Shown: positions 50,285 through 61,799 of the stretch, piece by piece
Numbering within the stretch: the first letter of the stretch is position 1
Layout: every line of letters begins with the position of its first letter
Source: Takakia lepidozioides
Lineage: Eukaryota; Plantae; Bryophyta
Assembly (NCBI GenBank): GCA_030704615.1
Contig: CM060733.1
Coordinates: forward strand, 1-64,000
Direction of reading: 5' to 3'
Length of the DNA: 64,000 bases
Notes under the pieces: model-generated
What the model was told of the DNA's origin: nothing
Databases searched by the model: none
Seen by the model: only the letters and a program-made list of their open reading frames with translations
Position numbers and translations under genes: made by a program

Positions 50285-50367
50285 CTGCTCATGTTTTTTT
50301 CCACACTTACGACTCTGCTCATGGCTCATGCCGCTCATGGCTCATGGCTCATGAAATAGCAGCCCCC
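50285..50367 (-). repeat. Right TIR and GCTCATG subterminal repeats
   Basis: gctcatggctcatgccgctcatggctcatggctcatgaaatagcagccccc. Confidence 0.85.
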
Positions 50368-50609
50368 GACCCTTCCTAAAACCCACCCGTCAGAAGAACA
50401 AACTCACCGATGCGCGCGATTCAACCAGCACGTCAGCAGGTACATCCCTGTCAGGTGGACCCCGTGCATGCCATAGACAACAACACCCAGGACGATCATG
50501 CATACCTTGTTCAGGAAGACGTGGAGGAGCAGGAAGCCATAGCAAGGGAATGGGATCTTATCTCCATGAATGTGCCTCAAATGCGTAAGAGAGTGGAATC
50601 ATTGGAAGA

Positions 50610-50835
50610 CTTTCCCCTTTTCCAAAGCTCCCAGGCTTGCACATGCATTGCAAACAAAAACAGATGTACCTGCGCACATCATTTGCTCATAGGTCCTCCA
50701 TCCCGCACCCTTGCTGTGCATACCCTACAATCATCGCACTCCATGACACCACATCTCGTTCAGCCATACTGTCGAACACTCCCTTCATACATGTCCACGA
50801 GGGTATTGTTAAAATGACATTTGGTACAATTGCAG
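50610..50835 (-). pseudogene. PLS-PPR fragment
   Basis: IVPNVILT..KGVFDSMAERDVVSWSAMIVGYAQQGCGME. Confidence 0.85.
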
Positions 50836-53610
50836 TTGAGCTTTCGGATTCGTCCGATGATGACATAAGTGAAATTCCAAATCCAGTCCTTCCTACTGTG
50901 GTTGGAGAAGCTGATGAAGAAGAGATTTGTAGTGTCATTCCAAAATTACGGGCGATGGGAGGAATGGCTGGATTCAAAAGTGAGTTGCGAGGAATTGATT
51001 GGGAATCTTTGAAGCAGGTGCCTGTGAAGTTCTTGCCAGAGACTTTTGATGGCGATATCCTATTCGAGCTGCCTCCTCCTCCGTGACAAGAGCATTCTTC
51101 AATTCGTGTAAGCGCTCCATTATCCACACCGTCTGATCATTGGCTTGATGAGTAGTGTGTGCGTTGTCCCGAGTTGGAGGTGTAACAATCATGATGCATG
51201 GAATGGACAAGAAACACGACGGGCACCCGTGGTGCAGAACAAAAACATCCAATATTCAGAATGATGACAAACTTGTTTTCAGGAGAACAGTTTGCAATGG
51301 ACACCTTAGGTGTGATAATTTGAATTGCAGACACTTTCTTCAGTCTGGGGTTCATAATCAAAGCGAATGGGAGGGTCTGGCGGAAAATCCATTTCAGCTT
51401 GGGACTGCCCCTCCACCGGCAAACACTTTCGTCTGCAAATTCTGTAAACTTGTGCCATCCTGCTTGGCGCTCTGCAGAGCAAGAATGTACTATGTTGTCC
51501 ACCGTTTGAAAACAATGACAAGAGCTTGTGTGCATTTCGGATTCCATAACCATCCTGTCTCGAAGGGGGATTACAGGGAGAGTGTTGAGACAGTATCGAG
51601 GTTGATTAAACAGGAGTTTGGGAGAAACCCATCCGCAACAACATCTGTAATTGCTCTTGGCGCAAGCAAGTCCTTCTTGGAAAGCCATATTTTGAGTGGA
51701 GGGGATTCTGTGGGGACTAAACTTGACGGTGCAACATTGGACCTGGTCATGGATCATTTCTCCACTTTGAGTTCACCTAACATTCGGCATCAGATCAATG
51801 CATTAAGAATGGGCTCTGGTATCAGAGGCTACATAGACAACATTTTGGAGTTGAAACGAGTGAGCAAGTACGATTACATCCAGGACAATGTATTCCCAGG
51901 TCAAGGTGCCATCAAAGTTTTTCTTTTCAAAATGTCGACTGTTGGGGAGGGCAGTGGGGTTAGCCTCGTGAAGCGGATGCAGAAGACTGGGGACTTGCAG
52001 AACTGTTTTCTTATGTTTGATCATGTGAAACGGGTGAAGGATGGACGACAATGGCTTGTCATGTCTACGATCCAGTGTACCAACGAGTTATGACAATTGC
52101 AGTTTGTGACATGCAATCCGAGGATACAGAATCCCAGAAGCTCATGTGGAATTCCCTGATACGTGTCATGGGCTGCCATGGGCTGCCATCTCCAAATTTC
52201 GCAGGTTTCATGGCGGATAGTGCTGAAGCAAATTTCAATGCTGTTCGTATTGTCTTCGGATCGGGCAACCCAAAAGTGCCAATGCGAGGAAGAGAGCGTA
52301 CATGTCTATTCCATTGGACACAATCTCTGGAAAAACATACAAAGTCGGACATCAAACCAGAGATGCAGACTCAGCACCGTAAATTGTGCAAAGAGTACAA
52401 AGATGCTAGAACAATGAAGGAGGCGGACACTTTGTTCCAGACAATTCGTGCCTGGTGGTTCTTAACTGGAGCTGCATCACTTGAGAGTATGAGAGCATTG
52501 GAAGATTGGCTGGCGTTTTGGCACTTCCGGTATAGACAGTGGGGAGCAGCCATGGCAGTGGTACGAGGCTTATATTTCTTGCTTTATTCATACATTTACT
52601 TTCCATTTTATTGTGTCCTCGCTTTCTTTATGTTGTTTTCTGTTCACTGTTTTGAAGTGTGGTTCTGCACTTTGCAGAACATGTCCATTGAGGAAATGGC
52701 GGACATGCCATCTTGCAATTTGGCAGAAACTGTGCACAACGCATGGTTGCAGCAGTCTGGGAAACGAGGTCGGGATTTGTATGTGGCAACAACAGATGAT
52801 TTGATACGTGCCTTGCAACAACAAACCCGATACCGTGATTTCTTACGAGGTGGGGTTGGTGGCAAGGGTCCGGACAAATGGGAGTTGATGTTGTGTGCTG
52901 CAAACAGATCTGGGGATCCAATGAAGATAGCACGGGCGGTGAGCATGTATGCCCAGGGAACGCCACTTGTTTCTAGAGTTCCACATCTTGAAGGAGAGGA
53001 GAGATTCGGCTCCTGTAAGAGGAAATTGAACACTCCACCTGGTTCGGATTCCGATTCCCATAGGGCAGACCGTGATAACTTCTCGAAGCCTCGTGTTCCC
53101 CTGCATGACAGCTCCATGTCCGGAACCTCCATTGTGGAGGAACCTCCAACACGACGGCAAGCTCCAGCATCAAACAGTGCCACTGAAATGGTGCAGGAGA
53201 GAAACAACCCCCTTGATGTGATTAATTCCGCATGCCCCGACCACATTTGGCACATAGAACGCACAAGTGTAGGGTCTCGTGTGAAATGTATAGCGATCAG
53301 GGCAACTAATTTCGAGAAGTGCACTTCATCTATATCCAGAGGTGGTGCCCGAACTCCTGCTCCGACTTTCACGGGTTTGATGCGTCCATACGGTCAACCA
53401 GAAGCCAAGAACCACAAGTTCTGGTTCTGCGCAGATGATTGTGCCAGATGTGTGCATGGAACTGTGCGTCCTTCCGTAATGATGAAGCCATCTCCTCCAA
53501 CCGTTTGGCCCGTGAAGGTAGGAACGCATCTCAGCTTTCAGGAGATTGAAACCCTGCAAACATTTGTATTTCATATTTTTGAAGAGGATGGTTTGCGATC
53601 CCAAACGTGA
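50836..53610 (+). pseudogene. Second, diverged GCM-MULE transposase (5'- and 3'-truncated, frameshifted)
   Basis: FLPETFDGDILFELPP; DKKHDGHPWC..CNGHLRCDNLNC..HFGFHNHP; LMFDHVKRV; FMADSA; CLFHW; NLAETVH. Intron 52561-52677 is at the same position as in the 35838-39556 gene. Frameshift at ~52045, ~100-bp insertion at ~51085, SWIM missing. Confidence 0.88.
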
Positions 53611-54444
53611 CAACTTCATTCACCAGGCCACTATGAGTTGCAACGAGGTCGATACTCTATTGCAGCGGGATACAACACATGGGTAGCATCAACTATGCAA
53701 TGTGGTATGTGGACGACCATGATTTGAAATGTGTAATTCACATCAATTCGTCGGCGGTGCAATGATATGGCCTCCAACTATACGGAGTGAGCTCTGAGTG
53801 GCAACTCTTAAAAGCACATTTGTCATTGCACCGTTCGAAGTCTACATGTCTTGCTGTCGCTATGCACTACAATCATCTTTTGAAGATGATCATAACTCTC
53901 ATTGTTATTTGAGGAGGGAGGAAGGTCTTCCCGTGGCAGCCTTTATGGCGCACACTTTGTGAGGATATTTTCTCGTCCTCGTAATTGTAAAAGTGAAACA
54001 AGCATTTGTAATTGTACAATGTTGGATGCTACAATTGTAGGCCTCATGGTAGTCTTGATTCTATTTAGGCAAGATTCCCTACATTAATTCCACGGTCATA
54101 GGACCATCCTCGGTTATAGGCGGTGCATGTTAATGCTGACGTGGCAGATGACGGACAGTGCCATGTCATCATTTGCCACCACATCAGCATGCTGACATGA
54201 CGCTCACGCCACGTCAGCGTGGGTGCAGGCTCACGCCACCGCCACGTCACTCCTGCGTGAGCGTACGCTCGCGCGCTCACGCCATTGCGTCGTTGCTAAT
54301 AATTATGATTGGAGAGGTTTGCGGGCAATGCGGCCGCCGCCGTTTGAATCTCGCGCATGGCGGGCACGTGGCAGACGTCGTTTTGCGTTTAGAGGTTTAG
54401 GTTTGGAAAGTGTAGGTGGGGTTGTGTTTTGTGAGCTGATCACA

Positions 54445-55470
54445 GGAGGTCTCCCGTCACTGTATTGAAGTACATCTCTGGTGTACTTGAAGCACCCCTG
54501 GGTTTTTGATTTATAAACTACTAATTGATGTTCTGAACCCTCCAAGTTGCTGTTTATGTGCTATGTTGATCACGGGAGATCTCCCGTCCTTGTATTCTTG
54601 AATTGCATTTGTCATAATGATAACTTGAATTATCCTTGTTGGTGGTCTTGTTCATTGCTTGTCACGAGAGATCTCTCGTCCCTGAATTGAGACATAGCTC
54701 CATACGGTTCGGAAAGACCGTTGTGTTGGTTGTTATTTGGTGTTTATATTGACGGGTTGTTCTTTTGTTGATTGTGCTGCCTTTGGGGTCAATGAGCTCG
54801 CCCTTCTCCCATTTCATGAACACTCTTGTTCAGAAATTCCAGGTCCGATCGGAGGTGAACACAAGCGGCACTGCCTCTTTGTCGCTTTTCACATCCAGAA
54901 TGGCTTGAGCTCCGACCATGAAATCCTGCACATACCAGCAAGTGTAGTTAACTACCACGGGAGGTCTCCCTTGCTAACTTTCACATTTAGCCAACACTTC
55001 CGGCTGACTTCCAGCTAACTCCAGCACTTCAAACACTTCCAGCTAACTTCCTACCAACACCTTCAACTGATGATTTAAACCAACCAAGAGGATGTTGACA
55101 ATTGGTCACTCTTTATGGAGTGTCTCCTACTTTGTAGGTCGTGCAGAGGAGCATCACAGCCGACGATTGATACATCCCAAGAGTGCTACGTACAGAGGCG
55201 GAAGAATCTGAAAATCCTCTGCAAAGTCGCTACCACAATAATGAGATCAGATCATCGGCCATCAACCAGGTCGTTGAGACCTTCTGTCCGGAGGGCTCTT
55301 CCGTTGTCAATGTGTATTGTGGCGGGATTGTCACATACTCGCTTCTGGTAAGAACGTGCAAACTCAAATCTTAATTTTACTTCTTGTAAACCCCATTATT
55401 ACAGTGCTAGGGACATTAACAGCTGATATAGGGAGATCTCCCGTCCTCCATTGACGGGAGATTTCCCTTT
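54445..55470. repeat. Dispersed 16-bp palindrome ACGGGAGATCTCCCGT (about 6 variants)
   Basis: Copies at ~54445, 54572, 54663, 54957, 55430 and 55453. Confidence 0.7.
55137..55347 (+). pseudogene. Possible relic exon resembling a degenerate methyltransferase motif X/I region
   Basis: Bounded by ttgtag| and ctg|gtaag; EIRSSAINQVVETFCPEGSSVVNVYCGG resembles IQTIMETCTDVEGTVLDLICG. There is an in-frame stop upstream. Confidence 0.35.
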
Positions 55471-55592
55471 ATAGCCTTGACATGAGACCTCATGTCTTCC
55501 TATTGAACTGAGCCAAAGCTTCCATATAATTACATAGGAAGTTTGACTAGCATAATGAAGGCTAGGGTGCACTTAAATCTTGCTAGCTGCAG

Positions 55593-55761
55593 ACAACCAA
55601 CATGTAGCCCAGTGGTAATGGGCACATACCACGTTGGATGTGGTTGTGGGTTCAAACCACGGTCTGGTGTGTCATGAAGGTGTCCACCTTTTAGCTGGAA
55701 GGCAGTAGCCCTTGTGGTGAAGAGATACCATAAGTTACGTTCCCTTCGGGAGGCGTCATAT
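55593..55761 (+). mobile_element. tRNA-derived SINE with target-site duplication
   Basis: A-box TAGCCCAGTGG and B-box GGTTCAAACC, flanked by direct repeats TCTTGCTAGCT(G/A)CAG (55578-55592 / 55762-55776). Confidence 0.75.
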
Positions 55762-56023
55762 TCTTGCTAGCTACAGCCTTGTTGATAAACTTTTGAAGAC
55801 AGACTCGGTGAGCTGTGTGCCCGACATTGTTCTCGTTTCAGGCAACAGCTTAAATTGCAGGGTTAGAGTTCTGAAACCCTAAATTTAAACCAACACATGG
55901 GGCAATAAATCCCACAAGGCCCGAGGCCAGGGAATGAATTTTGCAACAAGTGTCTACTTGTCAATTTCAGAACAAACATAGGAAAAAATCACTTCATCCC
56001 ACTTGAAATAATCTGCCCAAGAT

Positions 56024-56026
<3 letters not shown>

Positions 56027-56069
<43 letters not shown>

Positions 56070-56115
56070 AAGAAAGAGCGAAAAAATAAATAAATAAAAT
56101 ATATATATATATATT
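56027..56115. repeat. (AG)n and (AT)n microsatellites
   Basis: ~19 AG units at 56027-56064; AT run at ~56099-56113. Confidence 0.95.
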
Positions 56116-56654
56116 GTAGTTTGAAACCATGCCAATCCTACAAAAGACAAGGATGCACCACAGGAGATGCAGGTTTTTGTTTTTGGCCGAGGGGTTTGTT
56201 GGCAGGGGCACCAACTGTGGGAGCTTTTGCACTCTGCTCCTCTAGCTCTGAGGTAGCGGGTGACGCCTCCACGGGGTCACGCGGGTCTGCCATTGGCAAC
56301 GCCTCCTTGTTCGCGAGCCCCCCACTCCTTCGTGAAGGTAAGGTAGGATCAAAACTAAATTTTCTATTCGATCGTCCCTCCTTGCCCTTCCACCTGTGCC
56401 CAAAACATACAAAGACAAAGTGAGGAGAGAGAGATCGCGAACATAGAGAAAGAGTGAGCTAGCAGAGAGAAAGAGATCGCGAGGAGAAGAGAAAGTGAGG
56501 AGAAGAGAAGTATGTGACGGTGACAAGTCAACTTGCACCCTCGCATCCATCCGTCCATTTTAATGTATGATGTGAAGAAGTTTGTCCATCCTGCAAATGT
56601 GGGCTCTTGGCTCATGTTAGTACCATGATTTGGTAAAGCCACACCTTGCGATTG

Positions 56655-56783
56655 CGGTTGTCAGCAAACACCCCAACCCTACTTATTACAAAGTTCCAAT
56701 TCTGAATTGCATCTCCTTCTCTTTGTAGTCCAACGGGCATTCACCTTTTTGTCTCCATTGTCCCACCATTGACTGGGGTCGGC
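56655..56783 (-). pseudogene. Fragment of PDF-motif exon 4 and following intron
   Basis: Reverse strand DPSQWWDNGDKK|gtgaatgcc and gtaagtagggttggggtgtttgc, homologous to 26905-27100. Confidence 0.7.
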
Positions 56784-57229
56784 TCCATCAGCGTCTGCTG
56801 GGATCCGGATTTGAGGTGAGAATGGAGCCTAGATTGCTTTGTAGCACATTTCAGAGTCTAAAAAGAAAAGAACAAATAGAGAGTACCATTAACGCCTTTC
56901 TTCTGATTGCCCGGAGGCTGGAAAACTCCTGGCCATCACAGGACCCCGCATTGCTAAACTGGGTACCTATTTCTGCCCCACAGCCTGACCCATTAATATG
57001 TTGTACGATGTCAGGCCTCCCCATTTCCCACAAGGACCTAAGTTACCACGAGCTTGGCTAAGTCCTTCCTGCTGCCAAAGCGCGCTAACATCCCTGCAAG
57101 GTGGAAGCAACCACTGAGCATAGCCCCACACGCAAGCAACGGAACTGCATTCTCTGTATATGTCAGACCACAAGAAGTCCAAGAATATCAAGAACCGGGC
57201 AGTTCGGGCAGGCTCCGGCGACAAGTTTT

Positions 57230-57775
57230 CTGGGCAGGCAGCCCAGACAGGTACCAAAAAAATTGACGACGAAACATGGTGACGATGATGTGGCGACGAA
57301 AACGTGGCACTATGGCACCATATTCCTGCTCTACGCTAAACTAGCTTCCGACCTTCAGTCGTCGCTAGAATTATGTGTATATTGTGGGCCCCAACAGACT
57401 AGCTTGCCGGGCAAACCCAGCAGCAGACTGGCCGGGTCCGGGTAGGGGCGCTCCCACCCTCCACGAACCCCCTCCGCCACACGCGGGCCCCGCCGCAGCC
57501 ACACGCGGGGGCATTCAAGACGCTAATATTGTTCAATGAGAAGCATAAATAAATGTTCATATTTTCATAAGACTTATATACCCCATCTATCTGGACATTG
57601 TTCTCAGAAGTCGTCGCTAGTAGTGCAGAGCAACGCGAAGCCCTAGACTTTCTAGCAACGACAGAAGGTCAGAAGCTAGTTTAGCGTAGAGCAGAAATAG
57701 GATGCCATAGTGCCATGTCATCGCCGCCACGTTTTGTCGTCAATTTTTTTAAATCTGCCCAAACTGCCCGCCCAG
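57230..57775. mobile_element. Foldback/MITE with long imperfect inverted arms
   Basis: 57256-57370 (aaaaaattgacgac..ggcactatggcac..ctgctctacgctaaactagcttc..cgctagaa) is the reverse complement of 57650-57750. No TSD seen. Confidence 0.75.
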
Positions 57776-60278
57776 GTATGCACTCCCTTACGGGGTGAGT
57801 GCATACCACACTCACTCCGTAAGGTTCTGCCATGCCAGGGGATTGGCTGGTGGGTCCCTCTCTCTCCCTCTCTCCCTCTCCCTCTATAACTCTTTGGATT
57901 TCATCTGGCCTTAACCTTTTGAGGTTATTTAGTTTTTCATCCCAACCTTTTTCATCCAAATCTGGATGATATTATTATAGGATGATGAAACTTAATGTAC
58001 AGAAAGCTTGGTTTACCATCTATTTCTTTCATCTAAACTGGATGAACTACATGAATAATGGTTACCTATTTTAAAATCCAAGAGATAATAAAACTACCAT
58101 CATAAATGATGGCAGTTATTAAACCTAAGCCTATACCATAACCCTAAAAGATACCTTTTTATTGGATGTCATCCATTGACAATGTGCTTCTCTTGATAAA
58201 ATGTGATTTTTCATCCACCCTGGATGAGAAATCGGGAAGTTATGCCCTAAGCACGCCGACACATTTCACAGCACTGAACTCGTGCTTCAGTGAACCTTGA
58301 TGATGCGCCGCGTAAACTGCTCCCCTGCTGCTACATGATACTCGTGATGGCTGGCTCTTGGGATGCGCATTGGCGGTTAGGCAGATTCATCTCTGGCAGA
58401 CGACAAAGCGATGATCGCTTTGCTGAGAAACTCATGGTTCTTTATTTTGCAGCGGCGCTTTTACTCCTCGTTGGGAAGTACTCTATCCCTATTTATATAC
58501 AGATTACATGTTGCTCTCTTCTTGTATGAGCCATTCTCTATCTGTGAACGCTTCTACTTTGATTGCGTTCTGTTGGAGACGATCTGTTGGACGCCATGGC
58601 GCAGGGCATACCACAAACACTCAAGGTTTTTTGAGTTTACCCTTGCTTGAATTGTGATCTGTACATGTTTTAGAATTCAACACTGACATGGATAGCAACT
58701 GTGAAGACCTGCCACTCACCTGCTGCATCCTCACTAACACACATCGCTATGTGGTGGTTTTTGGGACGGGCACAGGTGAGGGTCTTCACTTGTCCTGATT
58801 TCTTGAAGCTTGCAGCTCCTGTTCTTGCAAATGTGGATACTGCTGCTGCCTAAGCTGCTGATGCCATTTGCTGCTTCAAACTGCCACCATGCCGCTTCAG
58901 ACCTGCTCTAAGATGGCTCCAATGAGGATCTGCTTCTCTCCTTACCCCTGTTCTGGTTTTTTACAACCACATTTGCATGTGTAGGAGTTAAGCTATGAAG
59001 GGTACAAGGGTACAAAATAGCAGTTATTACTCTGACTGCTTTGATACTTGGCTCTGAAATGAAACTTCTTGGTATGACTTTGATGGATCAAAAGGATAAG
59101 CTTTGATAGATAACACACATTCTTCAAGGCCCTCATATCATTTTGGTTTCATGGCTTGATAACAAACAGGGGTTTCTGAGCTGCTCTTTCACCTTGGCAG
59201 AGCTATTTTATGAGGCCTTAAAATACCATTCCAGGCCTATACCTGCTTAAGGGGGCTCAACCCTGTGTTTCTTCTTCCTTTTTTAAGAATCTTGCTTGTA
59301 TCTTGGTGCTGAAACATCAACTTTAAACCAGTACTGTTTCTTAGGGAAGTGAAATGCTCAAGACCTGGATTTTGTTTGCCTTGGCCCGCTAAAGACTCTC
59401 AATTTAAAGGCCTGGCTGCAGGCAGGGTTCTTCTGAGTTTCTTTGTTAACTCAGATCTTTGGAGGTTCTAGAATACCACTCAAGACCTAGATCTGTTTTG
59501 GAACACTCAACCTTGCATAGGTTTCTTGTTTACTGCTTGTGGTTGCATTGATACATCACCAAACTAGCTTTGGAATGAAAACCTCTCAGCTTGACTCTGT
59601 TGTGTCAAACAGGTACGCCTTGTTTAGGGAACACACACACTCATTATGGCTCTCATAGCAGTCTGAATTTGAGGGTGATAGCAGGCAAATTTGGGATAAT
59701 TTGCCTTGCTTCTGTTCTATGATTTCTGCTTGTGACACGACACTGAAACGTCACCTTCAGGCCAGCAATAGCCTCTAGGGATAAGACTCGTTCAAAACTT
59801 GGATGTTGGCATGCAGCCTCATGATATATACCATGTCTTGAACCATGCCAATAGGGCAAGAGGAAACATGATGTAAACCAGCAAATGCTTAAGGCATATT
59901 TGTTTGACTGTTCAAACTCAACTTGAATTGTTTTTGAGCATGAGTCTTGAGGAATGTCCCAAGACCTACAATCTGGTTTTCACAACTTGTTTTGCTAAGG
60001 TGTTGTGTCTACTTGCAAATACTTAAGGCATGAATGGCTGGCTGTTTCAACTTGAAGTGCTATGAGCTTGATTCTGGGAAAATCCCCAAACCTGCAATCT
60101 GGGGTTTTTGAAATGAGTTTGAAATGAGTTTTTGAAATGATGGTGCAAACTATGGTGCTTTCATGATATGTGTTAGAGGACTGTCTGGGACTTAGACACT
60201 TAAACGGGATCTGTAGGGTACCCTTAATTTTTGCACAGACTGAGACCAACAGGAGCCTTAGGGGTGACAGCAGCGCAC

Positions 60279-61191
60279 TGTAGAGGGGGGTTACACAGCC
60301 CGTCACAGTAGTCACAGCCGACACAGCCAACACAGCCCGTCACAGTCGTCACAGCCGACACAGCCAACACAGCCCGTTACAGTCATCACAGCCGACACAG
60401 CCAACACAGCCCGTCACAGTCGTCACAGCAGACACAGCCGACACAGCCGACACAGCCGACACAGCCACACAGCCAGTCACAGCCCGACACAGCCAAACAC
60501 AGTCGCACAGCCAGTCACAGCCCGTCACAGTTTCACACAGCCAGTCACAGCTTGACACAGCTGTCACGATCATAGGGAACGGAGAGCAGGACAGGGAACG
60601 ACTGTGGGGAACAACACCTGCGAAGGGAACATGTTAGTTCACAGACGACGGTTAGTGAGGGAAACGGTTAGAACCACGGGTAGGAAGATAAAGGGAGAAG
60701 CGGGGAATTGGGGGATATCATTCGGTGGAGGACTTCTTGGTGATGGAGGAGAGGGGATCGGGCAGAGATGAAGAACGGAAGTGAAGATAGAGAGATGATG
60801 AGTAGATGCTTGTTATATGCAAGGCTGTAATGATATTGTAGAGCAGATTAGAGACACAATGGCTTCGGCCTGATACCTGATAAATCATAATCGGATACTT
60901 TTACGATACAATCACACTGTGTAGAGAGATCTGAGTGAAGCTGTGGAATGAATGGATGAGTTGATGGAATCCAATAGATTGATAAAGCAAACTGATACTT
61001 AATTATCAATGGTAAGGTAGCTAACATGAATGCCAAAAGGGAAACAAATAGGAAACACCCCCATGATACACTAGCTGTAGGTCATGACTGATTGTTCTGC
61101 GCGGGCTGAGTACTTAGAGATTTCCAACTCTTCTATCTTGGAGTTTCCGCCTCGAATAGCGAAGGGATGGGTGAGTAAAAGCCGCGCGACA
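60279..61191 (+). repeat. Probable 5' LTR of a Ty3/gypsy element, containing a CACAGCC-type minisatellite (60293-60570)
   Basis: Starts TGTAG, ends GACA, and is immediately followed by PBS-like TTTGGCGACCATACTGGG. The 5' boundary cannot be verified without the 3' LTR. Confidence 0.6.
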
Positions 61192-61232
61192 TTTGGCGAC
61201 CATACTGGGGACTGAGTCATGAACAACCAGAT

Positions 61233-61778
61233 GTGACAGGCATCTGGTGGGATCATGGTGGTTGGACCATTAAAGAATTTGAAGTGAATCAAATTCCCTG
61301 TGGAACGAAGGAAGAAAGATTGTCCAAACAATTCTTTCAAAGGTTCTTGGAATTGCCAGACGGTTGTAAAGAAAATATTCTTAAGCGAGTGCATGATGCT
61401 GATCCGGAATGGGGTCTGGAGAAAGGAGTGATAAAGATTTATCAGGTAGCCTGTAGAGGAAGAGCACGTTGGTTACCAACATTGGTTTATGTGATAGCAT
61501 TGCTATCCATTAAGCGAGTAGAGTTTGAAGGCTGGGAAGAAAGAAAGGTGAATGTTTATACTCATATGCATGAAGAGCTTGTACTGGTAAAGAATTGGAT
61601 TCCAAAGGATATTTTGTGGATCAAACTCACACCAAGAACAGCTTTTCAGACTTGTTTGCCATATGGTTATATGGTAACGGAGACTTCAAGTATAGCCAAG
61701 GGTGCATTGAAGCTTGAAAGAAACCCAGGCATATACGAGAGATATTACAGAAGAGAGTTTTGGTTATTGCCACATTAA
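61233..61778 (+). CDS. Extra ORF between PBS and gag, unknown function
   Basis: Open 181-aa frame ending 21 bp before gag; a likely true ATG at ~61219 is one base out of frame. Confidence 0.5.
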   Translation: MTGIWWDHGGWTIKEFEVNQIPCGTKEERLSKQFFQRFLELPDGCKENILKRVHDADPEWGLEKGVIKIYQVACRGRARWLPTLVYVIALLSIKRVEFEGWEERKVNVYTHMHEELVLVKNWIPKDILWIKLTPRTAFQTCLPYGYMVTETSSIAKGALKLERNPGIYERYYRREFWLLPH

Positions 61779-61799
61779 AAGAAATGAAAGACATGGGAC

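Larger units (their letters stand above)
34981..50367. mobile_element. Large (~15.4 kb) Mutator-like DNA transposon with ParB-methyltransferase cargo and palindrome arrays
   Basis: Inverted ends CTATTTCATGAGC (34991-35003) / GCTCATGAAATAG (50347-50359), G-rich outer termini and tandem CATGAGC subterminal repeats at both ends. The internal GAAATGCGG..CCGCATTTC motif was seen only within this interval. No TSD found. Confidence 0.8.

Noticed and set aside
34981-50367. Bacterial or phage contamination explaining ParB and MTase
   Set aside because: Both genes have multiple phase-consistent spliceosomal introns and are contiguous with plant LINE/PPR sequence.
57960-60270. Host gene in the AT-rich stretch before the gypsy LTR
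   Set aside because: Only short ORFs without motifs; it may be promoter/intron sequence but nothing supportable.
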